Positions 54,849-64,000 of a DNA stretch of 64,000 bases are shown piece by piece. The stretch is taken from contig CAVYBH010000013.1 in NCBI GenBank assembly GCA_963766715.1, positions 160,001-224,000 on the forward strand. The letters run 5' to 3'. The stretch is from an uncultured delta proteobacterium. GTDB lineage: Bacteria; Myxococcota; Myxococcia; Myxococcales; Anaeromyxobacteraceae. The position numbers were made by a program, and so were the translations under genes. Within the stretch, counting starts at the first letter, position 1. Every line of letters starts with the position of its first letter. The notes below the pieces were generated by a model. The model saw nothing but the letters and a program-made list of their open reading frames with translations, made no database searches and had not been told where the DNA came from.

Positions 54849-56407
54849 CTAGGCTTTCACGCTGGCGAGGAGGCCTTCCAGGCCCGCCTGGTCGCCGCGC
54901 CCGAGCATCGCCTCGGCCAGCAGGCTGTCCCGGTCGCGACCGATGCTCGCCACGGCCGAGATCCTCCCGCCGGACCAGTAGGCCACCAGGCAACTCCTGC
55001 CTGGCACGCTCCCCGCCACCTCCAGGCGCTCCCACGTCTCGGCGTGACCCACGTAACCGATGGTGACGTCGTAGTGCTGGCTCCAGAAGAACGGAACGGC
55101 GCGAAAGGGCTCGTGCGCGCCCAGGATGTTCCGCGCCGCCGTCTGCCCTTGCTTCTCGGCCACCACCCAGTGCTCCACGCGGATCGGCCTGCCGCCGTGC
55201 TCGTCTGGCCAGCGTGCGATGTCCCCCGCGGCGTAGATGCCCGGGGCGCTGGTCTCGAGGAACCGATCCACGACGACACCGCGATCCAGGCGGAGCCCCG
55301 CCTGTTCTGCGAGCGTCACCGCCGGACGGACCCCGACTCCGACCACCACCAGATCCGCCGGGAGGGACGTCTGGTCGTCGAGGGCCGCGGAGCCCTCGCC
55401 GATCGCCGTGATCGTGTGCCCGAGGTGGAACACGACGCCGTGCTGCTCGTGCAGCGCCCGGACCAGGTCTCCCAGCTCCGGGCCCATGATCCGCTCGAGC
55501 GGGCGGACCTCCGGCGCCACGACGTGCACCTCGAGCCCTCGCGTGCGCAGCGCGGCCGCGACCTCGAGCCCGATGAAGCTCGCCCCCACGACCAGCGCGC
55601 GCCGGGCGGTCCTCGCGCGGGCGATGATCGCCCGGCTGTCGGCGATCGAGCGCAGGTAGTGGACGAACGGCCGCTCCGCTCCGGGGATGGTCAACCTCAC
55701 CGGGTCGGCGCCGGTGGCGAGCAGCAGCGCGCCATAGCCTCGGCTGGAGCCGTCGGAGAGCCGGATCCGCCGCGCCACGGGGTCGATGCCCACGACCCGG
55801 GTTCCCAGCAGGAGGTCGATCCGGTGGGAGGCGTAGAACGCCGCGCGGCCGGAGCGGGAGCCAGTCCTCGGAGGCCGTTCCGGCGAGATAGTCCTTCGAG
55901 AGGTTGGGCCGGTCCGTGGGGACGTCGGGCTCCGCGCCGATCAGGGTCACCGGTCCGGGATACCCCTCGCGCCGCAGGGTCTCCGCGGCCGCGTTTCCCG
56001 CCGCGCCCGCCCCGACGATGACGACGCTCTCCACCGCGCCGCGAGAGATCCTCGGAGGGGCCGCCTCGAGCGGTTGCCCCACGAAGATCCGGGAGCCGCG
56101 AATCTCCACCGACCAGCGGCGAAGGGGTTCGAGAGCGGGGGGACCGACCGCCTCTCCCGTGCGCACGTCGAAGCAGGCGTGGTGCCAGGGGCACTTCACC
56201 TGTCCGTCGGCGACGATCCCTTCGGCCAGCGGTCCCCCGTAGTGCGTGCAGGTGGCCGCGACCGCGAACACCTCGTCGCCGCGACGGACGAGCAGGACCG
56301 CCTCGCCGCCGAGCCACACCCAGGAGCATCCCTCCCACGGCGACGTCGGAGAGCTCGACACCCTTGGTGAAGTCTGGCCCCGCGGGCGGCAGACCGGGCT
56401 GGCCCAT
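54849..56407 (-). CDS. Rieske [2Fe-2S] plus FAD-dependent reductase fusion (frameshifts)
   Basis: CTHYGGPL...CPWHHACF; VGAGAAG; RPNLSKDYL; GASFIGLE; AAGDIA; RVEHW; VPFFWS. Confidence 0.9.
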
Positions 56408-56575
56408 GGGCCTCCCCTAGCCGCCGCCGCGACTCCGCGCAACGTGCTCGCGGGCCCTCTCCCCGGCGACCGGAAACCTGGCCAGGGACCCCGTCAGGGG
56501 TCCGAATTGCGTGCGGCGAGCGCCCGGCGAACGCCTCGCCCTGGGTTTATGCATCTGGGCCTGACCGAGCCGTCC

Positions 56576-57484
56576 ATGACTTCCGTTCGCCAGCCCGTGG
56601 ATGCCTCTGCTGCCGGGCTGATGGTCCTGCTCTGCGCGCTATGGGGGCTGCAGCAGGTGCTCATCAAGGTGGCGGCGCCGGACGTCGCTCCCGTCATGCA
56701 GGTGGCGCTTCGCTCGGGAATCTCCGCCGCGCTGGTCGCCGCCTGGACCCGTTGGCGCGGGCAGTCGCTCGACCTCCTGGGCCCTGCCCTCCGGCCCGGC
56801 CTCCTCGCCGGAGCGCTGTTCACCGCCGAGTTCCTCTTCGTGGCGGAAGGACTGCGCCACACCACCGCCTCGCACATGGCGGTCTTCCTCTACACCTCGC
56901 CCGTCTTCACCGCGCTCGGCCTGCACTTCACGATCCGCGACGAGCGCCTCTCCCGGCTCCAGTGGGCCGGCATCCTCGCCGCCTTCGCGGGCATCGCGCT
57001 GGCATTCGGAGGGGGCATCCTCTCCGGCGGCCTCGCCCCGGGCACCCTGCTCGGCGATCTCCTCGGCGTGGCGGCTGGCGCCGCCTGGGGCGCCACCACC
57101 GTGGTGGTGCGCCGCTCCGCGCTCTCCGAGGCGCCTCCGGCCCAGACGCTCCAGTACCAGCTCGTCGTCGGCTTCGTGCTGCTGCTCGCGGCGGCCGCCG
57201 TGACGGGCCAAGCCGGTCGGGTGGTGTTCACGCCCGTTGCGTGGGGGAGCGTCCTCTTCCAGGGCGTGGTCATCTCCTTCGCCTCCTACCTCGCCTGGTT
57301 CTGGCTCCTGCGCCGCTACCTCGCCTCGCGCATCGCGGTCTTCTCCTTCATGACGCCGCTCTTCGGCGTCACCTTCGGCGTGGTGCTTCTCGGGGAACCG
57401 CTCACGCTGTCCTTCGGCGGGGGGGCGCTCCTCGTCCTGGGAGGCATCACGGCGGTGAGCCTCGCGGGGAAGCGGCGCGGGTGA
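56576..57484 (+). CDS. DMT/EamA family transporter
   Basis: About ten hydrophobic segments, two EamA repeats, FLYTSPVF, LLGEPL. Confidence 0.9.
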   Translation: MTSVRQPVDASAAGLMVLLCALWGLQQVLIKVAAPDVAPVMQVALRSGISAALVAAWTRWRGQSLDLLGPALRPGLLAGALFTAEFLFVAEGLRHTTASHMAVFLYTSPVFTALGLHFTIRDERLSRLQWAGILAAFAGIALAFGGGILSGGLAPGTLLGDLLGVAAGAAWGATTVVVRRSALSEAPPAQTLQYQLVVGFVLLLAAAAVTGQAGRVVFTPVAWGSVLFQGVVISFASYLAWFWLLRRYLASRIAVFSFMTPLFGVTFGVVLLGEPLTLSFGGGALLVLGGITAVSLAGKRRG

Positions 57485-57580
57485 GCATTCCTCCAGACCC
57501 TCATGTCCAGCCTGGCTAGGGGTTTCCCCTGATTGCCTCGCGACGATCTGCGCCTTACGCCAAGGTCCTGGAGACGCGCC

Positions 57581-57757
57581 ATGACCTACCAAGTCGTCGT
57601 TGCGAACGAGTGGCGGAACATGATCGTCCAGGTCGAGGCGGACGATCCACGAACGGCTCACGAGATCGCCGAGTGGATCGTGGAGAACCGGAGGCAGGGC
57701 CATCTGCACGAGATCCCCCAGGACGAGGAGATCGACCTGGACGAGGGCTCGCGCTGA
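57581..57757 (+). CDS. Small acidic hypothetical protein (58 aa)
   Basis: GGAG RBS, GC3-biased codons, MTYQVVVANEWRNMIVQVEADD. Confidence 0.6.
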   Translation: MTYQVVVANEWRNMIVQVEADDPRTAHEIAEWIVENRRQGHLHEIPQDEEIDLDEGSR

Positions 57758-57815
57758 CGGCTGCTGCACCGGAGGGCTGGGGCCACTCCGGGTCGGCAGG
57801 GCCGGGACACCCGCG

Positions 57816-58175
57816 TCAGCGTCCGCCCGATGGCCCGGGCTCACCCTCGAGACGGACGAGGCCCTGGGCGAGACCTGGGGAAACGGACTCGAAGGACACC
57901 CCCAGCGAGCCCAGCAAGTTCATGCGGGAGTCGCCGGGCCGTGCCCACGCCACGCGGCCGACGAAGGATTCGTCGCGCCCGTCGAGATGGACGGTCCCCT
58001 CGATGCGCGTGTCGACGGGGAGCACACGCATCAACGCGATGCAGAAGCCACCCGTGCTCACGTTGGCCGTGAACCAGATGCCCCGGGGCGTCAGCACGCG
58101 CAAACGCACCCGGCGCCGAGAGGTTCGGGGGGTGACGTGGCGGCGGTTCGCAGTGTCAGTCGGTCCGATTGCCAC
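57816..58175 (-). CDS. Stand-alone PilZ-domain protein
   Basis: RRHVTPR, NVSTGG, GRVAW, LGVSF. Confidence 0.75.
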   Translation of the reverse strand: MAIGPTDTANRRHVTPRTSRRRVRLRVLTPRGIWFTANVSTGGFCIALMRVLPVDTRIEGTVHLDGRDESFVGRVAWARPGDSRMNLLGSLGVSFESVSPGLAQGLVRLEGEPGPSGGR

Positions 58176-58334
58176 GATGAGGGTCCCTGCCTGCTCGTAC
58201 CGGTGCCGGTACCTGGCGCGATGGAACGTGAAGCCTTGCCTGCGATCCGACGACCGTCCACCGGCCTTCCGGGGTGGCCTGACTGGCCAGTCGAAACGGC
58301 CAGGGCCCGTCGTGGGATGATTCCGTCGGCGCGG

Positions 58335-58590
58335 TCAACCCGGCTTCGGCGGTCGGCCTGCCGTCCCCTCCTCCCGGTCGGAGCTCCGCTCGAGCTCCTC
58401 CAGGACCTCGCGCACGTCGGTCCCATGCGACATGGCCTCGGCCTCCGCGTCGGGCCAATCGCGCACGGAGGGGATGTCCCGCCTCAGCTCCTCGAGAAGG
58501 GAGACGAGCTTCCCAATCTTCTCCTCGGCGAGCAGGTTGATGTGCAGCTCGAATGCGCCGTTCCCGCCAGCAGCGCCCGCGTGGCGCCAG
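58335..58590 (-). pseudogene. Remnant resembling the C-terminus of DUF1003 membrane proteins
   Basis: Manual translation ELHINLLAEEKIGKLVSLLEELRRDIPSVRDWPDAEAEAM; no start codon or N-terminal TM part found. Confidence 0.55.
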
Positions 58591-58844
58591 ATTCAGGGAA
58601 GGTCCTGCGAGACGGCCGCGTCCTGCACTCGCCCGCGAACGTCGGCGGACGTCCAGGCGCGCCTCGGGCCCTGGAGAAGTGGACTTCGGCGCACGCCCGT
58701 TTACGCCCCGAGATTTCCCCGACGACCCAGCGGCCACTTGGACAAGCCATGAACACCTTGATGGGTGCAGGGGCGGGCGCGGGGACGAAAGATGCATGCT
58801 TCATTCCAGCCTGAAGGGCATCGTCCGAGCAGGGCCACGGTTCG

Positions 58845-59178
58845 CGAATCCTGGTCGTCGAGGACGAACGGGACATCCGGGAGTTGCTCGTGGAATTGCT
58901 CAGGGACGAGGGCTACGTGGTCTCGTTCGCCTGCGACGGGCAGGACGCGCTCCGGCAGGTTCTCCTGCGGTGGCCCGACCTCATCCTTCTCGACCTGATG
59001 ATGCCGATCATGAGTGGCTGGCAGTTCCTGGACGTGCTGTCAGCAGCACGAGCTGCTGGACCGGATCCGCGTGATCGTCATCTCGGCCTTCGACTGCGAC
59101 ACCGAAGTGGCAGCCGTCATCCCCAAGCCGTTCGAGGTGGAGGAGGTCCTCGAGTCGGTCCACCGGCTGGCCTCTTGA
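58845..59178 (+). CDS. Single-domain response regulator (frameshifted; start unresolved)
   Basis: RILVVEDERDIRELL, LILLDLMMPIMSGWQFL, VIVISA, IPKPF. Confidence 0.8.
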
Positions 59179-59208
59179 ATCACCGTCGTGCTGCATCGGA
59201 GGGTCCCC

Positions 59209-60475
59209 ATGTCCAGGGATTCCGGTAGGACGCCCGCGCGAAGCTGCGCGCCGAGGCCAGCGACAGGCTGCGCCGGCCCGAGAAGGATGCGTCCTCGCCG
59301 TCCCCCGACCTCCTGCACGAGCTTCAGGTCCACCGAGATCGAGCTGGAGATGCAGAACGAGGAGTTGCAGCGGGCCCAGGTCGCCATCGAGGAGGCGCGC
59401 GACCGGCTCGCCGACCTCTACCACCTGGCTCCCGTCGGATACTTCACCCTCTCCGACGCCGGCCAGATCCTCGACGCGAACATGACGGGCGCGGGGCTCC
59501 TGGGCGTGGAGCGAAAGGCCCTCGTGGGCCGGCCGTTCGCGGCCTTCGTCGCTCCCGTGGACGGGCGACCGCTGGCATCTCTTCCTCTCGACGCTCGTGC
59601 GGCGCGGCGAGTGGCTCTCCTTCCGGCTCGCGATGCGGCGAAGGGACGGATCGGTGTTGCACGCCCACCTCGCGTGCGACAGCCGGCCAGGGGTCAGCGG
59701 GAACCTCCATCCGTGTCGTCGTCACCGACATCTCCGAGCAGGTGCAGACCGAGAGGAAGTACCAGACCTACGTGGACGCGGCTCCCCATGCGCTGCTCGT
59801 CGTGGACGCTCGAGGGCGATACGTGGACTGCAATCCGGCGGGGCTGGAGCTGCTGGGCGTCGACGCGACGACCTTGAAGACGCTCTCGATCGCGGACTTC
59901 CTGGACGAGTCGAATCGCAAGGAGGCGCTGCACGAGTTCACGGTGCTCCTCGCGACCGGGAAGATCGAGAACGACTACCTCATCGTCCGGCCGGACGGCC
60001 GCAAGGTCTGGGTCGCGCTTCGTGCGGTCAAGCTGGCCGATGACCGGTACCTGGCGTTCTGCCTGGACGTCACGGTGCGCAAGAAGGCCGAGGAGGCGCT
60101 CCGGGATTGCGAGAAGCGCTTTCGCGCCCTGGGGAACGGGGCGCCCGTGGGGACCTTCCAGACCGGCCCGGGCGGCGAAGCGGTCTCGGTGAACGCGGAA
60201 TGGAAGAGGATGACCGGACTCGGCGAGGCGGAGCCGGTTGGCTCCGAAGCCTGGAAGGAAATCCTCCACCCGGCGGACCGGGAGCGGGTCTCCCGCGAGT
60301 GGAAGGACGCGCTGGACCGGGGACGCCCCTTCGCGGCGGAGTTCCGCATCCAGCCCAGGGGCGGCAAGGTGACCTGGGTCTTTGGGGGTTGGAACCACCC
60401 TGCGCGATCCCGCTGGCGGGCCGATCGGGCTACGTCACCTCGCTCGTCGAGATCTCCGAGCGACGGGTCCGATAG
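59209..60475 (+). pseudogene. Multi-PAS sensor without output domain (several frameshifts)
   Basis: EIELEMQNEEL coiled coil, APVGYFTL, three PAS-like repeats, stops after VEISERRVR. Confidence 0.65.
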
Positions 60476-60753
60476 GGAGCCGAGGCACGCCCCATCTGGG
60501 ACCATGCCAGGGTCGAGAATCACGATACGTGAATACTCGACAAATCCCTGTACAAGATTTATTTCTTTGTTATTCTAGGCACTTAGACAGAAACGGCCTC
60601 GAGCGACGCCTCGACGCAGCAGCGCCTGCTCGTACCCGTTTGTCCCCGCCGCACGGTACTGGGAGGCACCCGGGCAAGGGACAAGAGTTGGTTCGCTGCG
60701 GCGAATTGTCGCAGTCCCGTCCGGGGTCGGTCCGGGCGGAAGGGAGGATCGCC

Positions 60754-61718
60754 GTGAACGCTTCTGCCGAGCGGGGCCAGGCCATTCGAGCAGTACCTGG
60801 CCGAGGTCCGGAGGATCCCGTTGCTGTCCCGGGAAGAGGAGCGGGAGCTCGCCCGGACCTATCGCCGGACCGGCGACCGGCGGGCCGCCCAGCGGCTCGT
60901 GACGTCCAACCTGCGATTCGTCGTGCGCATCGCACGCGAGCACTGCTCCGACCCGCGGCGGCTGGCGGACCTCGTCCAGGAGGGGAACCTGGGCCTCATG
61001 CAGGCGGTGGAGCGCTTCGACCCCGACAAGGACGTCCGGCTCGTCTCCTACGCCACCACCTGGATCCGGTCCCGGATCCTGAACCACATCCTGCACACCT
61101 GGTCGCTCGTCAAGCTGGGCACGACCACCGCACAGCGTCGCCTCTTCTTCTCGCTGACCCGGAAGGAGAAGGAGATCTCGAGGCAGCTCGACCCCTCCGA
61201 CGACGAGGCCGCGACGAAGATCGTTCCCATGCTGGCGCGCTGCTTCGGCGTGGAGCCACGCGTCATCGACGAGATGCGCCGGCGCCTCGACCGGCGGGAC
61301 GTATCCCTCGACGCATCGACCCCCGGCAACGAGGAGTCCGGGATCTCCAACTTGCCGTCCGGCGACGCCGGCCAGGACGAGGTTCTCGCCATGGCCGAGG
61401 AGAGCGCCATCGACTGCCGCCGGGTGCGCGCCGCCCTCGGTTGCCTCGACGAGCGGGAGCGCCTGGTCATCGACCTCCGGATCATGAGCCGAGCCCCCGC
61501 TCACGCTCCAGGCCGTCGGCGAGAAGCTCGGCTGTGGGCGCGAGCGCGCGCGGCAGCTGGAGGCGCGCGCGACGAAGAAGCTGCGGGACTGCCTGGACGG
61601 TCGCGTCCAGGACCGGGACTGCCCCGGCTCCCGCCTCGTGGTCCTGGGAGGCCGACGCCACCGCGCGTCCCGTGGCCGGGAACGACGGAGCGCCGCTCAG
61701 TTCGCCACGAAGCAGTAG
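60754..61718 (+). CDS. RpoH-family sigma factor (frameshifts near 60780 and 61495)
   Basis: YLAEVRRIPLLSREEE, LVTSNLRFVV, DLVQEGNLGLMQAVERFDP, QRRLFFSL, TLQAVGEKLGCGRERARQLE. Confidence 0.88.
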
Positions 61719-62368
61719 AAGAGGCCGGCCCCTCCGGTGCCCTTCAGCGCCTCCTGGCCGCACCCGCGGGAGCCGTGGGACGAGTTCCAGGACTTCATGT
61801 GCCAGGAGTCCTTCAGGCCGATGCGGTCGTGGTGGCCGACGATGGCCGAGCCCTCCCCGCTGCTGGTCCAGTTGGCGCACGTCGTGTCCCCGCCGGCCGT
61901 CGAGTACAGGCCGCTCGGATCCGAGCCGGTCAGCATGTCGTGCATGTTGACGGGGTCGCCCCGGCCGCTCACCGCCTCGCCCTTCTCCGTGAGCGCCGTC
62001 TGCTTGGTGATGTTCACGCTCGCCGAGTGCAGGTCGTCCACGCTCCTGGCCACGACCTCGCCCTTCGCATTCTTCCAGGGCCCCTTCCCTACCCGGTCCC
62101 GCGCGTTCACCCCGGCGGCCCCGCCCGGCGCGGTCGTGCTCAGGTAGGCGCGCCAGCCGGCGTACTTCGACCCGACCGCCTTCGCCAGCGCGAGGCAATG
62201 GGCATCGGCCCCCTCGAGCCCGCCGAGGTCGGCGCCCTTTCCCTTGCCGACGCTGGTGACGAAGAAGGTCATGTCGACCTCCTCCGCCCGTGCGACCGCG
62301 CCCGTGCCGACCCCCGCCAGGAGCAGGAAGACGGCGATGCCCCAGCTCGATCCGTTCGAGATCCTCAT
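61697..62368 (-). CDS. Secreted Cys-rich protein of the bacterial endostatin/lectin-like family
   Basis: Signal peptide; FFVTS..GADLGGLEGADAHC, WRAYLST, ARDRVGKGPW, LFYCF. Confidence 0.75.
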   Translation of the reverse strand: MRISNGSSWGIAVFLLLAGVGTGAVARAEEVDMTFFVTSVGKGKGADLGGLEGADAHCLALAKAVGSKYAGWRAYLSTTAPGGAAGVNARDRVGKGPWKNAKGEVVARSVDDLHSASVNITKQTALTEKGEAVSGRGDPVNMHDMLTGSDPSGLYSTAGGDTTCANWTSSGEGSAIVGHHDRIGLKDSWHMKSWNSSHGSRGCGQEALKGTGGAGLFYCFVAN

Positions 62369-62448
62369 GGAACCACCTCCTCCCGGGCATGACACCTGCC
62401 GCCCTTCGCGTGGGCCACCGGGGAAGTCGCCTCCGGACCGCGGGCCCG

Positions 62449-62941
62449 CTAGTCGCGCACGTGACACGCCTGGCAGAGCGGCTTCGGGCTGAGGGCGTAC
62501 CCGGCCGGCAGGATGGCGCGCGCCTCTTCGACGGTCATCACCCTCGGCGGCCGCGCGGGGTCGTAGGTCTCCGGCTTGCCGGGCACGACCGCCGGGGAAA
62601 CCTTCGACCCGGGAGGGATGACGAATCTTGTCGTTCCAGTGCGAGTTCGCGTCGTGGCAGGTGTGGCAGACGAGGCGTCCTGCGGGGAGGAAGAGGCCGC
62701 GCCGCACCACCTCCGAGAGCTCGCGCAGCTCGTGCCCGCCATCGCGGATGGCGAAGGCGTAGTCGACGTCCACGGGGTGGCTCCGCGAGAACGGGTGGCA
62801 GGACAGGCAGGTCGAGGTGGGCACCGACGTGTCGCGGAGGTGGTCCTCGTCCGCGCGGCTCACGCCCCAGCCCGCTCCGGCTCCCAGGGAGAGCAGGAGC
62901 GGCCCGAGCCAGGCAACGACCTGCGCGCGTTCCGAGCGCAT
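62449..62941 (-). CDS. Small periplasmic triheme cytochrome c (frameshift near 62625)
   Basis: Signal peptide; CLSCH, CHTCH, CQACH; SHPV. Confidence 0.82.
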
Positions 62942-63299
62942 GGCCCCTCCATCTGACCGGAACATAGGTCTCCTGCGGGCCCTGGACAGACCCCGGACGA
63001 GCCGAGGCCGGCCTCATGAGCGCTCCCTTAGCCACGGTGGCGCGCACCTGCTTGTCTTGGATGGCCGCCTGGCTAGACTGTACGTATGTTCAGTTCCGGC
63101 GACCCCGCCTCCGGTGTGTGGCTCCCCCGTCGTCGCGGCGGCCCCGCGAGGTTCGCCGCGCTCTGGCCCGAGCTCCGGGAGAACCTGCACCAGGTCCGTG
63201 TGGCGGAACGCCAGGCGATGTCCGAGGATGTGCTCCGCCTCGGACCCCGGCACGCCGAGCGCGTCCGTCCCTCGAGCCGCATGATTTCTGGAGACGACC

Positions 63300-63545
63300 A
63301 TGGCCACCGAAGCGGAGATGCTCGCCGAACTCGAGAAGCTCAAGGCGGAGAACGCAGCCCTCAAGTCGCGCAGCGGCCGGCCCGTCTCCATGAAGGTGAG
63401 CGAGAAGGGGGGCCTCTCCGTGTACGGCCTGGGCCGGTTCCCGGTCACGCTCTACCAGGAGCAGTGGCTGAAGCTCCTCGACCTGGCGGACGAGATCCGA
63501 TCCTTCATCCAGGCGAACCAGGCGGTCCTCAAGAAGAAGGAGTGA
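63300..63545 (+). CDS. Small hypothetical protein (81 aa), coiled coil plus beta/alpha domain
   Basis: GGAG RBS, strong GC3 bias; KVSEKGGLSVYGLGRFPVTLYQEQW. Confidence 0.85.
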   Translation: MATEAEMLAELEKLKAENAALKSRSGRPVSMKVSEKGGLSVYGLGRFPVTLYQEQWLKLLDLADEIRSFIQANQAVLKKKE

Positions 63546-63573
63546 CCCCGGTTCCGCGAGGCCGCGGAGCCGT

Positions 63574-64000
63574 CTACATCGGAACCGCGAAGTACTCGCG
63601 AACCTCGACCTCGGCCGACTTGACGCGGGGGTCCTTCGCCAGCGCGGCTGCCGCGGACTGGATGTCGCGCCCGTCCGGAACCGTGAAGAAGGCGATGCCG
63701 AGCCTCTCGGCCACGAAGTCCAGCGTGAGCCCGCTCGCCTCGGCGAGCGCCGCCGCCTGGCCCATGCTGGTGAGCCGGACGATGAGCACGTTCGCCGCCA
63801 CGCCGAGCCGCCCGGTCCGCGTGTTCACGACCACCGGAAAGGTCTGGGACCTGTTCACCGCGGTCGCCATCGCCGAGACCTTCGCTCCGGCCGCGGCGGT
63901 TCCGGCCTTGTAGATGAGGAACGGTCCCCGCTCCTCCACGAGGTCGGAGGGAGCGATCCCCACCGCGGAGAGCCTCTCCTCCGGCGTGCCGCGCCCCCCG
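63574..64000 (-). CDS. Hypothetical protein resembling external chaperones of S8 serine proteases; 5' end outside the window
   Basis: Open frame to the edge; FPVVVNTRTGRLGV..LIVRL...VKSAEVEVRE. Confidence 0.55.
   Translation of the reverse strand, partial: GGRGTPEERLSAVGIAPSDLVEERGPFLIYKAGTAAAGAKVSAMATAVNRSQTFPVVVNTRTGRLGVAANVLIVRLTSMGQAAALAEASGLTLDFVAERLGIAFFTVPDGRDIQSAAAALAKDPRVKSAEVEVREYFAVPM

Noticed and set aside
58189..60636. 13-bp direct repeat GCCTGCTCGTACC at 58189 and 60624 flanking the decayed genes
   Set aside because: A single 13-mer match is plausible by chance in GC-rich DNA and no recombinase or transposase is nearby
61697..62965. Cytochrome c-lectin fusion (422 aa)
   Set aside because: The third CxxCH and stop lie in another frame (62449); the second gene has its own RBS and signal peptide
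47550..64000. Prophage, integron or IS at the tRNA
   Set aside because: No integrase, transposase, phage gene, attC-like array or att duplication recognised in the window

Overview
GC-rich bacterial chromosome segment whose gene content and order point to Myxococcota, probably Anaeromyxobacter-like (inference). Positions 1-47.5 kb are mostly core genes: ispA/xseAB, hemE-hemN-hemH, the lysS-lolC/E-lolD-bamA-skp-lpxD-fabZ-lpxA-lpxI envelope cluster, a GH57 branching enzyme, a myxobacterial Ser/Thr kinase, glnE, ilvE, a Fic-like gene, nfo, DHH, a cysteine desulfurase, ptrB, 6S RNA-ygfA-ymdB-tyrS, an ABC exporter, rlmE, a ferredoxin, a TPP enzyme and alr. After tRNA-Pro(GGG) at 47476-47549 lies an accessory, partly decayed redox and signalling region: a receiver-TrxB-like flavoprotein, PAS kinase, AI-2E transporter, hemerythrin, Rieske-FAD reductase, PilZ protein, RpoH-like sigma factor and triheme cytochrome c. 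About 20 genes, including essential ones, carry indels, most likely consensus errors. No CRISPR array, integrase, transposase or phage gene was recognised. I cannot demonstrate a new system. The best leads are a Fic protein lacking the catalytic His, an in-frame UGA in rlmE, recurrent apparently leaderless genes with one symmetric bidirectional promoter, a possible AI-2E/PAS-kinase fusion, and a small PC4-like protein. All calls come from manual translation and motif recognition; no database searches were run.
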